A DNA stretch of 64,000 nt, taken from Candidatus Omnitrophota bacterium (GTDB lineage Bacteria > Omnitrophota > Gorgyraeia > Gygaellales > Profunditerraquicolaceae). Shown piece after piece: positions 26,308-35,464 of the stretch (position 1 is the stretch's first letter; every line of letters begins with the position of its first letter). The position numbers were made by a program, and so were the translations under genes. The notes under the pieces were generated by a model. It did not search any database. It was not told the origin of the DNA and saw only the letters and a program-made list of their open reading frames with translations. The stretch spans positions 685 through 64,684 of the forward strand of contig JBDRLN010000040.1 of assembly GCA_043812955.1 (NCBI GenBank), read 5' to 3'.

Positions 26308-27896
26308 ACGAGTATAAAATTTTCGGAAGACAGCATTATTTAGATATCCTGGAAAAGCGAATCAATGATTTTAAAGAAGGATACCGTCAGAATATCGCTA
26401 TTATAGGCGATGAATCCATCGGTAAGACTTCCCTGATTTTTGAATTCTTGCGTAAATTCTATGATAATAAGGTCGTTGCGGTATATCTTGAGGTAAGGCC
26501 TGAATCCTTAACTGTTTTCGGTAGAAGGTTTATCGGAGTACTGCTATATAATTTTCTGGTCAATAGCAATATTAATCTCAAGGAAGACCTCGATTTTTTA
26601 ATCAATAAATCCTATTCCTATATCCCTAAGACTTGCGGAAAAATACGTTCTATCCTCAGTGACCTGGAAAAAAGGAAAAAAGAGGATATTTTTTCCGATC
26701 TACTTTCGCTATTCGATCTTATATATCAGGAGACCGGAAAACTAAGCCTGGTGATCATGGATGAATTTCATAATTTTGACAATTCCGGGGCAAAGAAAAT
26801 ATATAGCGAATGGTCTAAGGGCCTGATGGTCGGAAAAAATACAATGTATATAATTTTAAGCTCCGCTGTCTCCCGGGCCAGGGCCTTGCTCTCTAAGGAG
26901 CTTTCGTTATTATTTGGTAATTTTCAGGTAATTGAGCTGGAGCCTTTTGACGCCCGGACAACTGAAGAATACCTCTCCTATAAATTGGAAGGGGTGAATA
27001 TCGAACCGGGGTTAAAGAATTTTCTGGCCCATTTTACGGCGGGTCACCCCTTTTACCTAGCGATCATAGCTGATCTTTTATTGAAATCTCCCGAGGCTAA
27101 TCCGGTGGATCTCTTAGAGGATATTCTTTTTGAATCCCCGGGTATATTAAATCAGCGATTTTATAATTATATTAAACGTTTTGAATCCGTCAAACACGGC
27201 AATGATTATATCTCTATTCTTTATTCAGTCTCCCGCGGACAGAATAAAATCAAAGATTTAATCCATATTACGCATAAGCCTAAAAAAGAACTGGAATCCC
27301 GGATAAATTATTTATTTAGCGTTGATGCCTTAAGCCGCAATGGAGATTTTCTTAGATTAAATGATAGGGTATTTAGTTTCTGGTTGAGGTATGTTTATCA
27401 GGAGAAGATGCGTTCCTTTACTTTTGACGCCCAGAATCAGAAATCGGTATTCCGGAAGAATATAGATGATATGGTTAGGGAATTCTTGGATAGCGCAGCA
27501 AAAAGCGTATCCCAAAGAATAAAAGAGTTGTTGAACCTTTTTGCCGATGATTCAATACAGGTTGAAAAAAAGAGGCTTAAACTTATCCATTTCCGCGAAA
27601 TAAAAAAGGTAGAGTTTAATAATTCCGGGATCAGGGAGGGCTTGATCTGCCGTTCCAGCGACAGTCTCTGGATAGTCGCGTTTAAACCCGGCTCTTTAAA
27701 TGAAATGGATATAAGTGAATTCGCCAGGGAATGTAAAAAGTACCGCTATAAACTCCAGAAAAAGATTATCATTACCTTGCGGGATATGGACGCCAACAGC
27801 CGTTTAAGGGCCTTAGAGGAGAAGATCACGACCTGGGATTTAAATAATTTAAACCAGATACTGGATCTGTATTCCCGGCCAAGGATAGTGGTATAA
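26304..27896 (+). CDS. AAA+ ATPase of the archaeal/Orc-Cdc6-like ATPase_2 type with a C-terminal extension of unknown function
   Basis: Walker A IIGDESIGKTS and Walker B LVIMDEFH, followed by a roughly 130-aa C-terminal domain. Its start overlaps the M23 peptidase stop (ATGA). Confidence 0.55.
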   Translation: MNEYKIFGRQHYLDILEKRINDFKEGYRQNIAIIGDESIGKTSLIFEFLRKFYDNKVVAVYLEVRPESLTVFGRRFIGVLLYNFLVNSNINLKEDLDFLINKSYSYIPKTCGKIRSILSDLEKRKKEDIFSDLLSLFDLIYQETGKLSLVIMDEFHNFDNSGAKKIYSEWSKGLMVGKNTMYIILSSAVSRARALLSKELSLLFGNFQVIELEPFDARTTEEYLSYKLEGVNIEPGLKNFLAHFTAGHPFYLAIIADLLLKSPEANPVDLLEDILFESPGILNQRFYNYIKRFESVKHGNDYISILYSVSRGQNKIKDLIHITHKPKKELESRINYLFSVDALSRNGDFLRLNDRVFSFWLRYVYQEKMRSFTFDAQNQKSVFRKNIDDMVREFLDSAAKSVSQRIKELLNLFADDSIQVEKKRLKLIHFREIKKVEFNNSGIREGLICRSSDSLWIVAFKPGSLNEMDISEFARECKKYRYKLQKKIIITLRDMDANSRLRALEEKITTWDLNNLNQILDLYSRPRIVV

Positions 27897-27908
27897 GGAA
27901 GGTGTGGG

Positions 27909-28403
27909 GTGAGGATCGGAGTAATCGCGGATACACACATACCGGATAGGGCCGCAAAGATACCGGATGATATTTTAAATGCCTTTATAGGCGTGGACAT
28001 AATTATCCATGTTGGCGATCTGACTGTCTTAAGCGTATTAGAAGAACTTAAAAAAATATGCTCTGATGTTAGGGTTGTCTCCGGCAACATGGATTGTATT
28101 CAGGTTTGTAATAAATTTCCGGAAAAAGAATTAATCAAGGTAGGCGAGGTTAAAATTGGAGTTATGCATGGGGCCGGGCCGCCGGACGGTTTAGTGGGTA
28201 TTTTAAGTGAGGCTTTTAAGAAAGATAAACCGGACCTGATCATATTCGGGCATTCGCACGCAGCGTTTAATGAAAAAAAAGGCAATATTATTTTTTTTAA
28301 TCCCGGAAGCCCAACTGACAAAGTATTTTCTTCCTACAATTCTTATGGTATGATAGAGATTAAGGGTAAGAATATTGACGCCAAGATCATTAAGTTAAAT
28401 TGA
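27909..28403 (+). CDS. YfcE-like metallophosphoesterase (calcineurin-like phosphodiesterase), GTG start
   Basis: MRIGVIADTHIP...GD...GHSHAAFN...NPGS metal-ligand pattern. Confidence 0.8.
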   Translation: MRIGVIADTHIPDRAAKIPDDILNAFIGVDIIIHVGDLTVLSVLEELKKICSDVRVVSGNMDCIQVCNKFPEKELIKVGEVKIGVMHGAGPPDGLVGILSEAFKKDKPDLIIFGHSHAAFNEKKGNIIFFNPGSPTDKVFSSYNSYGMIEIKGKNIDAKIIKLN

Positions 28404-28411
28404 ACCTGTGT

Positions 28412-28463
28412 CCACCCCGTAGGTGGAGCCCACCTACGGGGTGGAGCCCACCTACGGGGTGGA
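28412..28463. repeat. Tandem palindromic element CCACCCCGTAGGTGGAGCCCACCTACGGGGTGGAG (about 1.5 copies)
   Basis: GC-rich perfect palindrome. A related copy at 54472-54508 overlaps the panB stop. Confidence 0.65.
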
Positions 28464-28490
28464 AATGGTTCCGTTAACCGAGTTAAATAA

Positions 28491-28973
28491 ATGGATAAAC
28501 TTTGGGCGCCCTGGCGGGTTAATTACGTGCAATCAAAGAAGGGTAGGGGGTGTGTGTTCTGTCAGGGATTAAAAAATCCAGACAAAAATTACGTTGTTTT
28601 TAAAACCGGGTATTCATTTTGTATTTTGAATATATATCCTTATAATAACGGGCATTTAATGGTTGGGCCTCTTAGGCATGTAGCGGATACCTCCCGGTTA
28701 AAGGAAGATGAGGCGTTGGATTTATTCCGGTCGCTAAACCAGGCAAAAAAGATATTGGATAAGATATTAAAGCCCCAGGGGTATAATCTAGGTATTAATT
28801 TAAAGGCTGTGGCTGGCGCCGGGGTTGCCGGGCATCTGCATATCCATATAGTGCCCCGCTGGAAAGGGGATACTAATTTTATGCCGGTGTTGGCAAAAAC
28901 CAAAGTGATATCCCAGTCGCTAAAGGAATTATATAAACAGTTAAAAGATGAGTACAAAAAAACAGGCAGTTGA
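28491..28973 (+). CDS. HIT family protein (histidine triad nucleotide hydrolase/transferase)
   Basis: HLHIHIVPRW histidine triad. Confidence 0.7.
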   Translation: MDKLWAPWRVNYVQSKKGRGCVFCQGLKNPDKNYVVFKTGYSFCILNIYPYNNGHLMVGPLRHVADTSRLKEDEALDLFRSLNQAKKILDKILKPQGYNLGINLKAVAGAGVAGHLHIHIVPRWKGDTNFMPVLAKTKVISQSLKELYKQLKDEYKKTGS

Positions 28974-30102
28974 TTTTGAAGAAAGTTTTTTAGCGCCTTA
29001 CGCGATGAAAAGCGTAAATTCTAAGGGCAGGGTTTATACAGAAGTTGCCCATTCTTACCGTTCTGCTTATCAGAGGGATAGGGATAGGATTATCCATTCT
29101 GCCGCTTTCAGGAGACTGGAGTATAAAACTCAGGTATTTGTCAACCATGAAGGCGACTATTACCGGACCAGGTTAACCCATACTATAGAAGTAGCCCAGA
29201 TAGCCAGGACAATCGCTTATGCCCTGCGTTTGAATTTTGATTTAACCGAGGCTATTGCCCTGGCCCATGATTTAGGGCATACTCCTTTCGGCCATTCCGG
29301 AGAAGACGCCCTTAATGAATTAATGTTAAAATACGGTGGCTTTAATCACAACCTGCAGGGTTTAAGGGTTGTGGATATCCTGGAAGAGCGGTATCCGGAT
29401 TTTCCCGGGCTTAATTTGAGCTGGGAAGTAAGGGAAGGTATAGTCAAGCACTCTACTGCTTTTGATGTTGCCGCGCGAATAAATGATTTAGCGCCCGGTG
29501 AGATGCCTACCCTGGAGACCCAGATTGTTGATATTGCCGATGAAATTGCTTACGATAATCACGATATCGATGACGGCCTTACTTCCGGGCTTTTAAAAGA
29601 GGCGGATTTACAGGGGTTAGCGCTATGGAATAATATATCTAAGGATATTTCCCGAAAATATGCTAAAATAGAACCGGCAATAAAAAAATATCTGATTATC
29701 CGTTCATTGATCAATATACAGGTTACTGATCTTATCGAGCAGACTAAAGCTAATATAGGCCGGTTAAGGCTTAAATCTCATAAAGATGTAAAAAGGGCGG
29801 ATAAAAAAATAGTATCGTTTAGCCAGGGTTTGAATGAATTGCGGTTGCCTTTAAGGGATCTTTTAATTGATAAGCTCTACCGGCATTACCGGGTAGTCAG
29901 GATGAGCGATAAGGCCAAGCGTTTTATCAAGGAATTATTTAAAGTTTACATCTCCCGGCCGCAGGCCCTGCCGACAAATATTCAGAAACGTATCCCCAAG
30001 GATAACACCAGAAGGGCTATCTGCGATTATATCGCGGGGATGACAGACAGGTACGCATTAGATGAATACAAAAAATTATTTGACCCATACGAAAAGGTAT
30101 AA
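28948..30102 (+). CDS. dgt: dGTP triphosphohydrolase-like HD protein
   Basis: RLTHTIEVAQIARTIA...AHDLGHTPFGHSGE HD motif. Confidence 0.85.
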   Translation: MSTKKQAVDFEESFLAPYAMKSVNSKGRVYTEVAHSYRSAYQRDRDRIIHSAAFRRLEYKTQVFVNHEGDYYRTRLTHTIEVAQIARTIAYALRLNFDLTEAIALAHDLGHTPFGHSGEDALNELMLKYGGFNHNLQGLRVVDILEERYPDFPGLNLSWEVREGIVKHSTAFDVAARINDLAPGEMPTLETQIVDIADEIAYDNHDIDDGLTSGLLKEADLQGLALWNNISKDISRKYAKIEPAIKKYLIIRSLINIQVTDLIEQTKANIGRLRLKSHKDVKRADKKIVSFSQGLNELRLPLRDLLIDKLYRHYRVVRMSDKAKRFIKELFKVYISRPQALPTNIQKRIPKDNTRRAICDYIAGMTDRYALDEYKKLFDPYEKV

Positions 30103-31123
30103 GACCTTAATCTCGTCTATACATAGCATATACCGGCTGGTAAATTCTACTTTTGAATTAAAGGATCTGATCATGCGCCTCGCCCGGCTTATCTGTCAGA
30201 TTTTCAATGCCAGGTTTTGCATGATCATGATCCTGGATCCCGGAAAAAAATATTCGGTTTTTAAGTTCACGATCAATAATAAAAAAAAGACCATCGTAGA
30301 TAAAAAACATAAAGTCTCCGGTGGGCTGGAGAAGAGGATCATCGTCAAGCTCTCAGCTGTGCGCAAGGATTATTGTTTAGGCCTGCCACTGATTGGAGAT
30401 GATATCGTTGGCGTACTTGTTCTAAAACGCTCTAAGAATGGAACTGTGTTTGATAACTACGACCAGGAGATATTAATGACTCTCCTGGAACAGGCGATGA
30501 TCGCTATTAAAAATCTGCAATTATACGAAGAACAGCAAAAGACTGTATTTGGCTCTATTAAGAGCTTAGTTACGCTTTTAGATATGCGGGTTCCCCAGGA
30601 GTACACCCACTCTCCTTATTTTAGCCGTTTAGTAGCGGCTATTGCCAGCCAGTTAGACTTGGACTTAAAACAGATAGAATCTCTAAAATACGCCAGCCTC
30701 TTGCATGATGCCGGAAAGATGGATATCCCCGTGGAGATTTTAACCAAAACCTCTAAGCTTACGCCTGAGGAGTATACGATTATTAAACGCCATCCGGTTA
30801 TGGGGGCGCAGATTTTAAGGCCTTTACAAATCTTAAGGCCGGCTATACCGATTATTATGCATCATCATGAAAAATATGACGGCACAGGGTATCCTTCTAA
30901 GCTGAAAAAAGGGCAGATCCCTCTGGGCGCCCGGATTATGGCGGTTGCCGATGCTTTTGAAGCTATGGTTTATGGCAGGCCTTACCGGGAGAGGATGAAT
31001 ATAGACTTGGCTATCCGAGAGATCAGAAAGAAGAGCGGTACTCAGTTTGACCCCAAGATAGTCGAGGCTTTTTTAAAAATATCCAAGAAAATCTCAAAAA
31101 AATACTTGCAATTTAACCGATAA
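30062..31123 (+). CDS. GAF domain HD-GYP phosphodiesterase (c-di-GMP signalling)
   Basis: HD...HHHEKYDGTGYP HD-GYP signature, with a GAF-like N-terminal domain. Confidence 0.8.
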   Translation: MNTKNYLTHTKRYKTLISSIHSIYRLVNSTFELKDLIMRLARLICQIFNARFCMIMILDPGKKYSVFKFTINNKKKTIVDKKHKVSGGLEKRIIVKLSAVRKDYCLGLPLIGDDIVGVLVLKRSKNGTVFDNYDQEILMTLLEQAMIAIKNLQLYEEQQKTVFGSIKSLVTLLDMRVPQEYTHSPYFSRLVAAIASQLDLDLKQIESLKYASLLHDAGKMDIPVEILTKTSKLTPEEYTIIKRHPVMGAQILRPLQILRPAIPIIMHHHEKYDGTGYPSKLKKGQIPLGARIMAVADAFEAMVYGRPYRERMNIDLAIREIRKKSGTQFDPKIVEAFLKISKKISKKYLQFNR

Positions 31124-31146
31124 AGGATATATAATCTAAGTTTAAG

Positions 31147-31812
31147 ATGGAGAAGAATCGATCGTCACAGCTGGAATTATTTTCTCAAGGCAGAGACGCC
31201 TTAACTGATGGTGCCCCGCGCTGCGATGGATTTTTAGCCAGGATACATAATTACGAAAAGGTTATAATCGGAATAATAGCTTTTATTATTTCCGGAGCCA
31301 TTATTTTCTGTATTGGCGTGGAAAAAGGTAAAGCAATAGGCAGGGCTAATAGTTTTAAACGCTGGGATGTAGTTAGTAAGACTGCCGGCTTCACCCTGCC
31401 TGACCGGCAGGCAGTCGGCAAGCAGGCCTCAGCGGCAGTCAGGTCCGCTTTGCCTGTAGGTAGGCAGACCTTGCCGCTTAAGCCGCAAGAAACCTTAATC
31501 AAACCGGCCGCCCTTGAGAACGTAGCCCCTGCGCCGCAGCCAGTGATAAAGAAAGAAGAGTCGGCTGTTGCCTTAGAGTCAAAATCCACTGAATCTTATA
31601 CGGTTCAAGTCGCTTCTTACAAGAATAATATCACGGCTCAAAAAGAGGCTCAGAGGCTGCGTAAATCAGGATTAGAGTCTTTAGTTTTAGCCAAAGGGAA
31701 ATATTCAGTAGTCTGCATCGGCAGTTTTACCGAGAAGAACAAGGCCCAGGAAGTACTGTTAAAATTAAAAACCAAAAAACAATACCAGGATTGCTTATTA
31801 AGGAGGTTGTAA
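31147..31812 (+). CDS. SPOR domain protein (membrane-anchored, peptidoglycan-binding, possibly divisome)
   Basis: N-terminal TM segment and a C-terminal SPOR YTVQVASYKNNITAQKEAQRLRKSGLESLVLAKGKYSVVCIGSF. Confidence 0.7.
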   Translation: MEKNRSSQLELFSQGRDALTDGAPRCDGFLARIHNYEKVIIGIIAFIISGAIIFCIGVEKGKAIGRANSFKRWDVVSKTAGFTLPDRQAVGKQASAAVRSALPVGRQTLPLKPQETLIKPAALENVAPAPQPVIKKEESAVALESKSTESYTVQVASYKNNITAQKEAQRLRKSGLESLVLAKGKYSVVCIGSFTEKNKAQEVLLKLKTKKQYQDCLLRRL

Positions 31813-31816
31813 GCTT

Positions 31817-32092
31817 ATGTCTATTCATCCGTCATTGAAGATTTCGGATCAGGATAATAAACAAAGGTCGGTATTAAAGCGTATTGAGCGGATTAAATTA
31901 ATGAAAGATAAAGGGCAGTGGAAAGAAGGCGATGAAGTTTTCGGTTTACCTAAGATCAAGACCTTAAGGATTAAGATCAAGAAAGAGAAGGTTGAGAAAA
32001 CCGAAACCACTGCCGCTCCCGGAGCAGATCCAGCTGCTGCTCCTATAGCTAAGGAACAGGCCTCATCAAAAGCACCCGCCGCCAAGGCTTAA
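31817..32092 (+). CDS. Hypothetical small protein with a low-complexity Ala/Pro-rich tail
   Basis: The only evidence is an ORF with an RBS-like AGGAGG upstream. I recognise no domain. Confidence 0.3.
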   Translation: MSIHPSLKISDQDNKQRSVLKRIERIKLMKDKGQWKEGDEVFGLPKIKTLRIKIKKEKVEKTETTAAPGADPAAAPIAKEQASSKAPAAKA

Positions 32093-32112
32093 GGAAAAGA
32101 AATAGGTATTCT

Positions 32113-32727
32113 GTGCAGATAGTAGGGTTTTTAATATCTTTCGGGTTATTGATCATTGCTATGGTTGCGCATGAATATGCCCATGGCTGGATGGCCAACC
32201 GACTGGGAGATCCTACTGCTAAATATTCCGGAAGGCTTACCCTTAACCCCTTGGCTCACATCGATATTTTCGGTACCATTATTTTACCTTTAGTGCTTTT
32301 TATTTCTACCAACGGTGCGTTTGTTTTCGGAGCGGCCAAGCCCGTGCCGGTTAATTTCGCGGCCTTAAGAAACCCCAAGCGGGATATGATCTGGATAGGG
32401 GCCAGCGGGCCTTTGGCAAATCTGATTTTTGCTTTTATTCTGGCTTTGGTTTTAAAAATATTACCCGCTCCGGCACTCCTGGTTTTATTGTTAAGGAATC
32501 TGCTTATGATCAATGTGGTATTAGGAGTTTTTAATCTTATACCTTTGCCTCCATTGGATGGTTCGCGTATTTTGATGGGGCTTTTGCCTAAGGATCTGGC
32601 TTATAGTTATTCCCGGATAGAGCCTTACGGATTTATAGTTATTATCCTTTTATTAAGCCTGGGGTTTGTTGATTTTCTAATCTGGCCGCCGATAAATTTC
32701 ATAATCAATTTACTTTTTAGGCTATGA
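32113..32727 (+). CDS. Site-2 protease family (M50) membrane metalloprotease, small form
   Basis: HEYAHG zinc motif in TM1 and 5 to 6 TM helices. Confidence 0.75.
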   Translation: MQIVGFLISFGLLIIAMVAHEYAHGWMANRLGDPTAKYSGRLTLNPLAHIDIFGTIILPLVLFISTNGAFVFGAAKPVPVNFAALRNPKRDMIWIGASGPLANLIFAFILALVLKILPAPALLVLLLRNLLMINVVLGVFNLIPLPPLDGSRILMGLLPKDLAYSYSRIEPYGFIVIILLLSLGFVDFLIWPPINFIINLLFRL

Positions 32728-33809
32728 GAAATATAAGAGTTAATCTTAAGGAGCGTTCCTATAATATCCGCATAGGTAGAGGCATATTATCCTCTCTGGG
32801 TATATATCTTAAGCGCCTGCATATCGGCAGGGACTGTTACATTATTACCAATGCCAGGCTCAAGAAAAAATATTCAAAATCTTTGGATCATCCCCTTACG
32901 CATTCAAGTTTTTCTTTAAGGTATAGGCTGATCCCGGATAGTGAAAAAAGTAAATCTCTGAAGTCAGCCTACGCAATACTTAAAGATCTGGCTGTTTTTG
33001 ATAAGAAGAAAAATATTTTTATCCTTAGCTTTGGGGGAGGGGTGATTGGAGATCTCTCTGGTTTTGTGGCCTCTATTTACCGCAGAGGGATTCCCTATGT
33101 TCAAATACCCACGACCTTACTGGCCCAGGTAGATTCCAGTATCGGAGGAAAGACCGCGGTTGATATGAGCGCGGCTAAGAATTTAGTCGGCGCGATTTAT
33201 CAGCCAAAAGGGGTAATTACCGATACCAGTCTTTTAAAAACTCTCTCCCAGCGCCAGATCAGATCCGGACTGGCTGAAATCATTAAATACGCTGTTATTA
33301 AAGATTCATTATTGTTTGATTATCTGGAAAAAAATAATAATTCCCTGCTCTCCTTAAAGAGCCCGGGCTTAGAATTTGTGATTGGCCGCTGCGTCAAGAT
33401 CAAGGCAGGCATCATTGAGAAGGATGAGTTTGAAAAAAAAGGTATTCGGACTATCCTGAATTTCGGGCATACTATCGGCCATGCTATTGAGACAGCCGGT
33501 GGCTATTCTAGGTATAATCACGGAGAAGCTATATCCTTAGGAATGCTGGTGGCTATGGATATAAGCCAGATGTTAGGCCTTACCTGTAAGTCAACAGTTA
33601 GTAAAATAGAGGCCCTGATTCAGAAAATTGGACTACCTTACCGGATTGAGAAGCTCAAGGCTAACGCTATTATCAATGCCCACTATCATGATAAGAAATT
33701 CCAAGGGAGCAAGAACAGGTTTGTGCTGGTTAAAGATATAGGTAAAGTAATGGTAGTAGAAAATGTGCCCTTGCCTGTAATCAGGAAAGCAATAAAGAAT
33801 AGATTTTAG
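32724..33809 (+). CDS. aroB: 3-dehydroquinate synthase
   Basis: GGGVIGDLSGFVAS...IPTTLLAQVDSSIGGKTAVD. Confidence 0.9.
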   Translation: MRNIRVNLKERSYNIRIGRGILSSLGIYLKRLHIGRDCYIITNARLKKKYSKSLDHPLTHSSFSLRYRLIPDSEKSKSLKSAYAILKDLAVFDKKKNIFILSFGGGVIGDLSGFVASIYRRGIPYVQIPTTLLAQVDSSIGGKTAVDMSAAKNLVGAIYQPKGVITDTSLLKTLSQRQIRSGLAEIIKYAVIKDSLLFDYLEKNNNSLLSLKSPGLEFVIGRCVKIKAGIIEKDEFEKKGIRTILNFGHTIGHAIETAGGYSRYNHGEAISLGMLVAMDISQMLGLTCKSTVSKIEALIQKIGLPYRIEKLKANAIINAHYHDKKFQGSKNRFVLVKDIGKVMVVENVPLPVIRKAIKNRF

Positions 33810-33975
33810 AAGCTTTCCTAGCTTTGCAGCAAGTATTTTCTGCCACTAATTTGTTTGTAATGAATTTGGGTAAATTCCTTTACATTGGTTTAAATTTTAT
33901 AGGGAAAGCTTCTGATTACAGAGATTAAATGCAGATTACACAGATTAATTAGCGACGAAGAATCGCTGGAATCTT

Positions 33976-34046
33976 TTTTCCCGCCATGTTAATTAAAATA
34001 GCTACCGGGATCCCGCCGGCTATAAGATTTGCTTGGCGGGAAAAAT
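33976..34046. repeat. Structured double-hairpin element TTTCCCGCC..CCGGGATCCCGCC..GGCGGGAAA (family copy 2 of 3)
   Basis: Shares the stem sequences TTTCCCGC / GCGGGATCCCG / CGGGAAA with 25199-25260 and 37049-37120, while the loops differ. Confidence 0.5.
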
Positions 34047-34195
34047 CTCCGTAATCAAGTTCTTTCCCTTTTGCTACAAACTTAGGAAAGAACTCTATTT
34101 AAGATTACACAGATTCCTTCGACGCGATTTTAATCTTTTAATCAGAGATTGCTGTATTATTTAGGAATATTTCAAACAATCTCAGATTCAAGGGT

Positions 34196-34224
34196 TGACA
34201 AAAAACAAATATTGTTATAAAATT
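34196..34224 (+). promoter_or_regulatory. Sigma-70-like promoter: TTGACA, 17-nt spacer, TAAAAT
   Basis: About 80 nt upstream of the IMPDH-like gene. Confidence 0.45.
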
Positions 34225-34303
34225 AAACCTTAAATAAACACAGAAAAGGGAATTTAAGTTATAACATATTGATATATAATAGTTTAAGTAAAAAGGAGCG
34301 ATA

Positions 34304-35464
34304 ATGGGTGAATGGATAGGGATGGCCAGAAGGGCTCGCAGGTGTTACGGGTTTGACGAGATTGCTTTAGTTCCGGGTACGCAAACAGTGAATCCGAATG
34401 AAGTTGACACTAGTTTTGAGATTGCCGGGAAGAAATTTAAAGTTCCGATTATGGCCGCAGCTATGGATGGCGTTGTGGATGTCAAATTCGCCGTGGAGAT
34501 GTCCAAACTCGGTGGGATAGCGGTTTTAAACCTGGATGGGATACAGACCAGGTATGTTAATCCGGACCTGGTTCTGGAAAAAATAGCTAAAGCCTCTCCT
34601 CAGGAAGCTACCGAATTAATGCAGGCAGTATATACCAAGCCGATCAAGGATAAATTGATCTCCAAGAGAATCTTAGAAATTAAAAGAAATAAAGGGACAG
34701 CTGTAGTCAGTTGTATACCGGCGCATGCTGAAAAGTTCGCCAAGATTGCTCAAGGCTCCGGAGTAGATATTTTTGTGGTTCAGTCAACAGTTACTACGCC
34801 TAAGCATGTGGCTCGTGAATATAAAAGCCTGGATCTGTTTAAATTCTGTAAATCCTTAAAAGTTCCGGTAATCCTGGGAAACTGTGTTACTTATGAGACT
34901 ACTTTGGATTTGATGGATACCCAGGCCTCCGGCTTATTAATTGGCGTAGGCCCTGGCGCAGCCTGCACTACTCGCGGGGTATTGGGTATTGGTGTGCCTC
35001 AGGTTACCGCTACAGTGGATGCTGCTGCTGCCCGGGATTTCTATTTTAAACGCACCGGCAGGTATGTCGCTATTATTACTGATGGCGGCATGAACCGGGG
35101 AGGAGATATCTGCAAGGGCTTTGCCTGCGGAGCAGACGCAGTAATGATCGGATCTAGTTTTGCTCGGGCAATAGAGGCTCCGGGAAGAGGGTATCACTGG
35201 GGCATGGCTACATCGCATGTAAATCTACCTCGGGGTACCCGGATTTACGTAGGTTCGACCGGCAGGCTTAAAGAGATACTCTTTGGCCCGGCAAAAGTCG
35301 ATGACGGTTCCCAAAATCTCATGGGCGCTTTAAAAACTTCCATGGGTTCTTTAGGGGTTTCTAATATTAAACAGATGCATGATGTGGAGATAATTATCGC
35401 TCCTACTATACAGACTGAAGGCAAGATCTTTCAGGTGGGCCAGAAAGTAGGGATGGGAAAATGA
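34304..35464 (+). CDS. IMP dehydrogenase-family protein lacking the CBS subdomain (GuaB3-like)
   Basis: IMPDH/GMPR TIM barrel with GGIAVLNLDG and the catalytic Cys loop, but only 386 aa with no CBS pair. Confidence 0.75.
   Translation: MGEWIGMARRARRCYGFDEIALVPGTQTVNPNEVDTSFEIAGKKFKVPIMAAAMDGVVDVKFAVEMSKLGGIAVLNLDGIQTRYVNPDLVLEKIAKASPQEATELMQAVYTKPIKDKLISKRILEIKRNKGTAVVSCIPAHAEKFAKIAQGSGVDIFVVQSTVTTPKHVAREYKSLDLFKFCKSLKVPVILGNCVTYETTLDLMDTQASGLLIGVGPGAACTTRGVLGIGVPQVTATVDAAAARDFYFKRTGRYVAIITDGGMNRGGDICKGFACGADAVMIGSSFARAIEAPGRGYHWGMATSHVNLPRGTRIYVGSTGRLKEILFGPAKVDDGSQNLMGALKTSMGSLGVSNIKQMHDVEIIIAPTIQTEGKIFQVGQKVGMGK

Noticed and set aside
28412-28463. CRISPR array
   Set aside because: Only 1.5 to 2 adjacent palindromic units occur, with no unique spacers, and there are no cas genes anywhere in the window.
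33810-34303. Purine or other riboswitch in the 490-bp spacer upstream of the IMPDH-like/guaA operon
   Set aside because: No recognisable purine-riboswitch core was seen. The spacer instead contains the double-hairpin repeat element and two AGATTACACAGATT direct repeats, which are noted but left unassigned.
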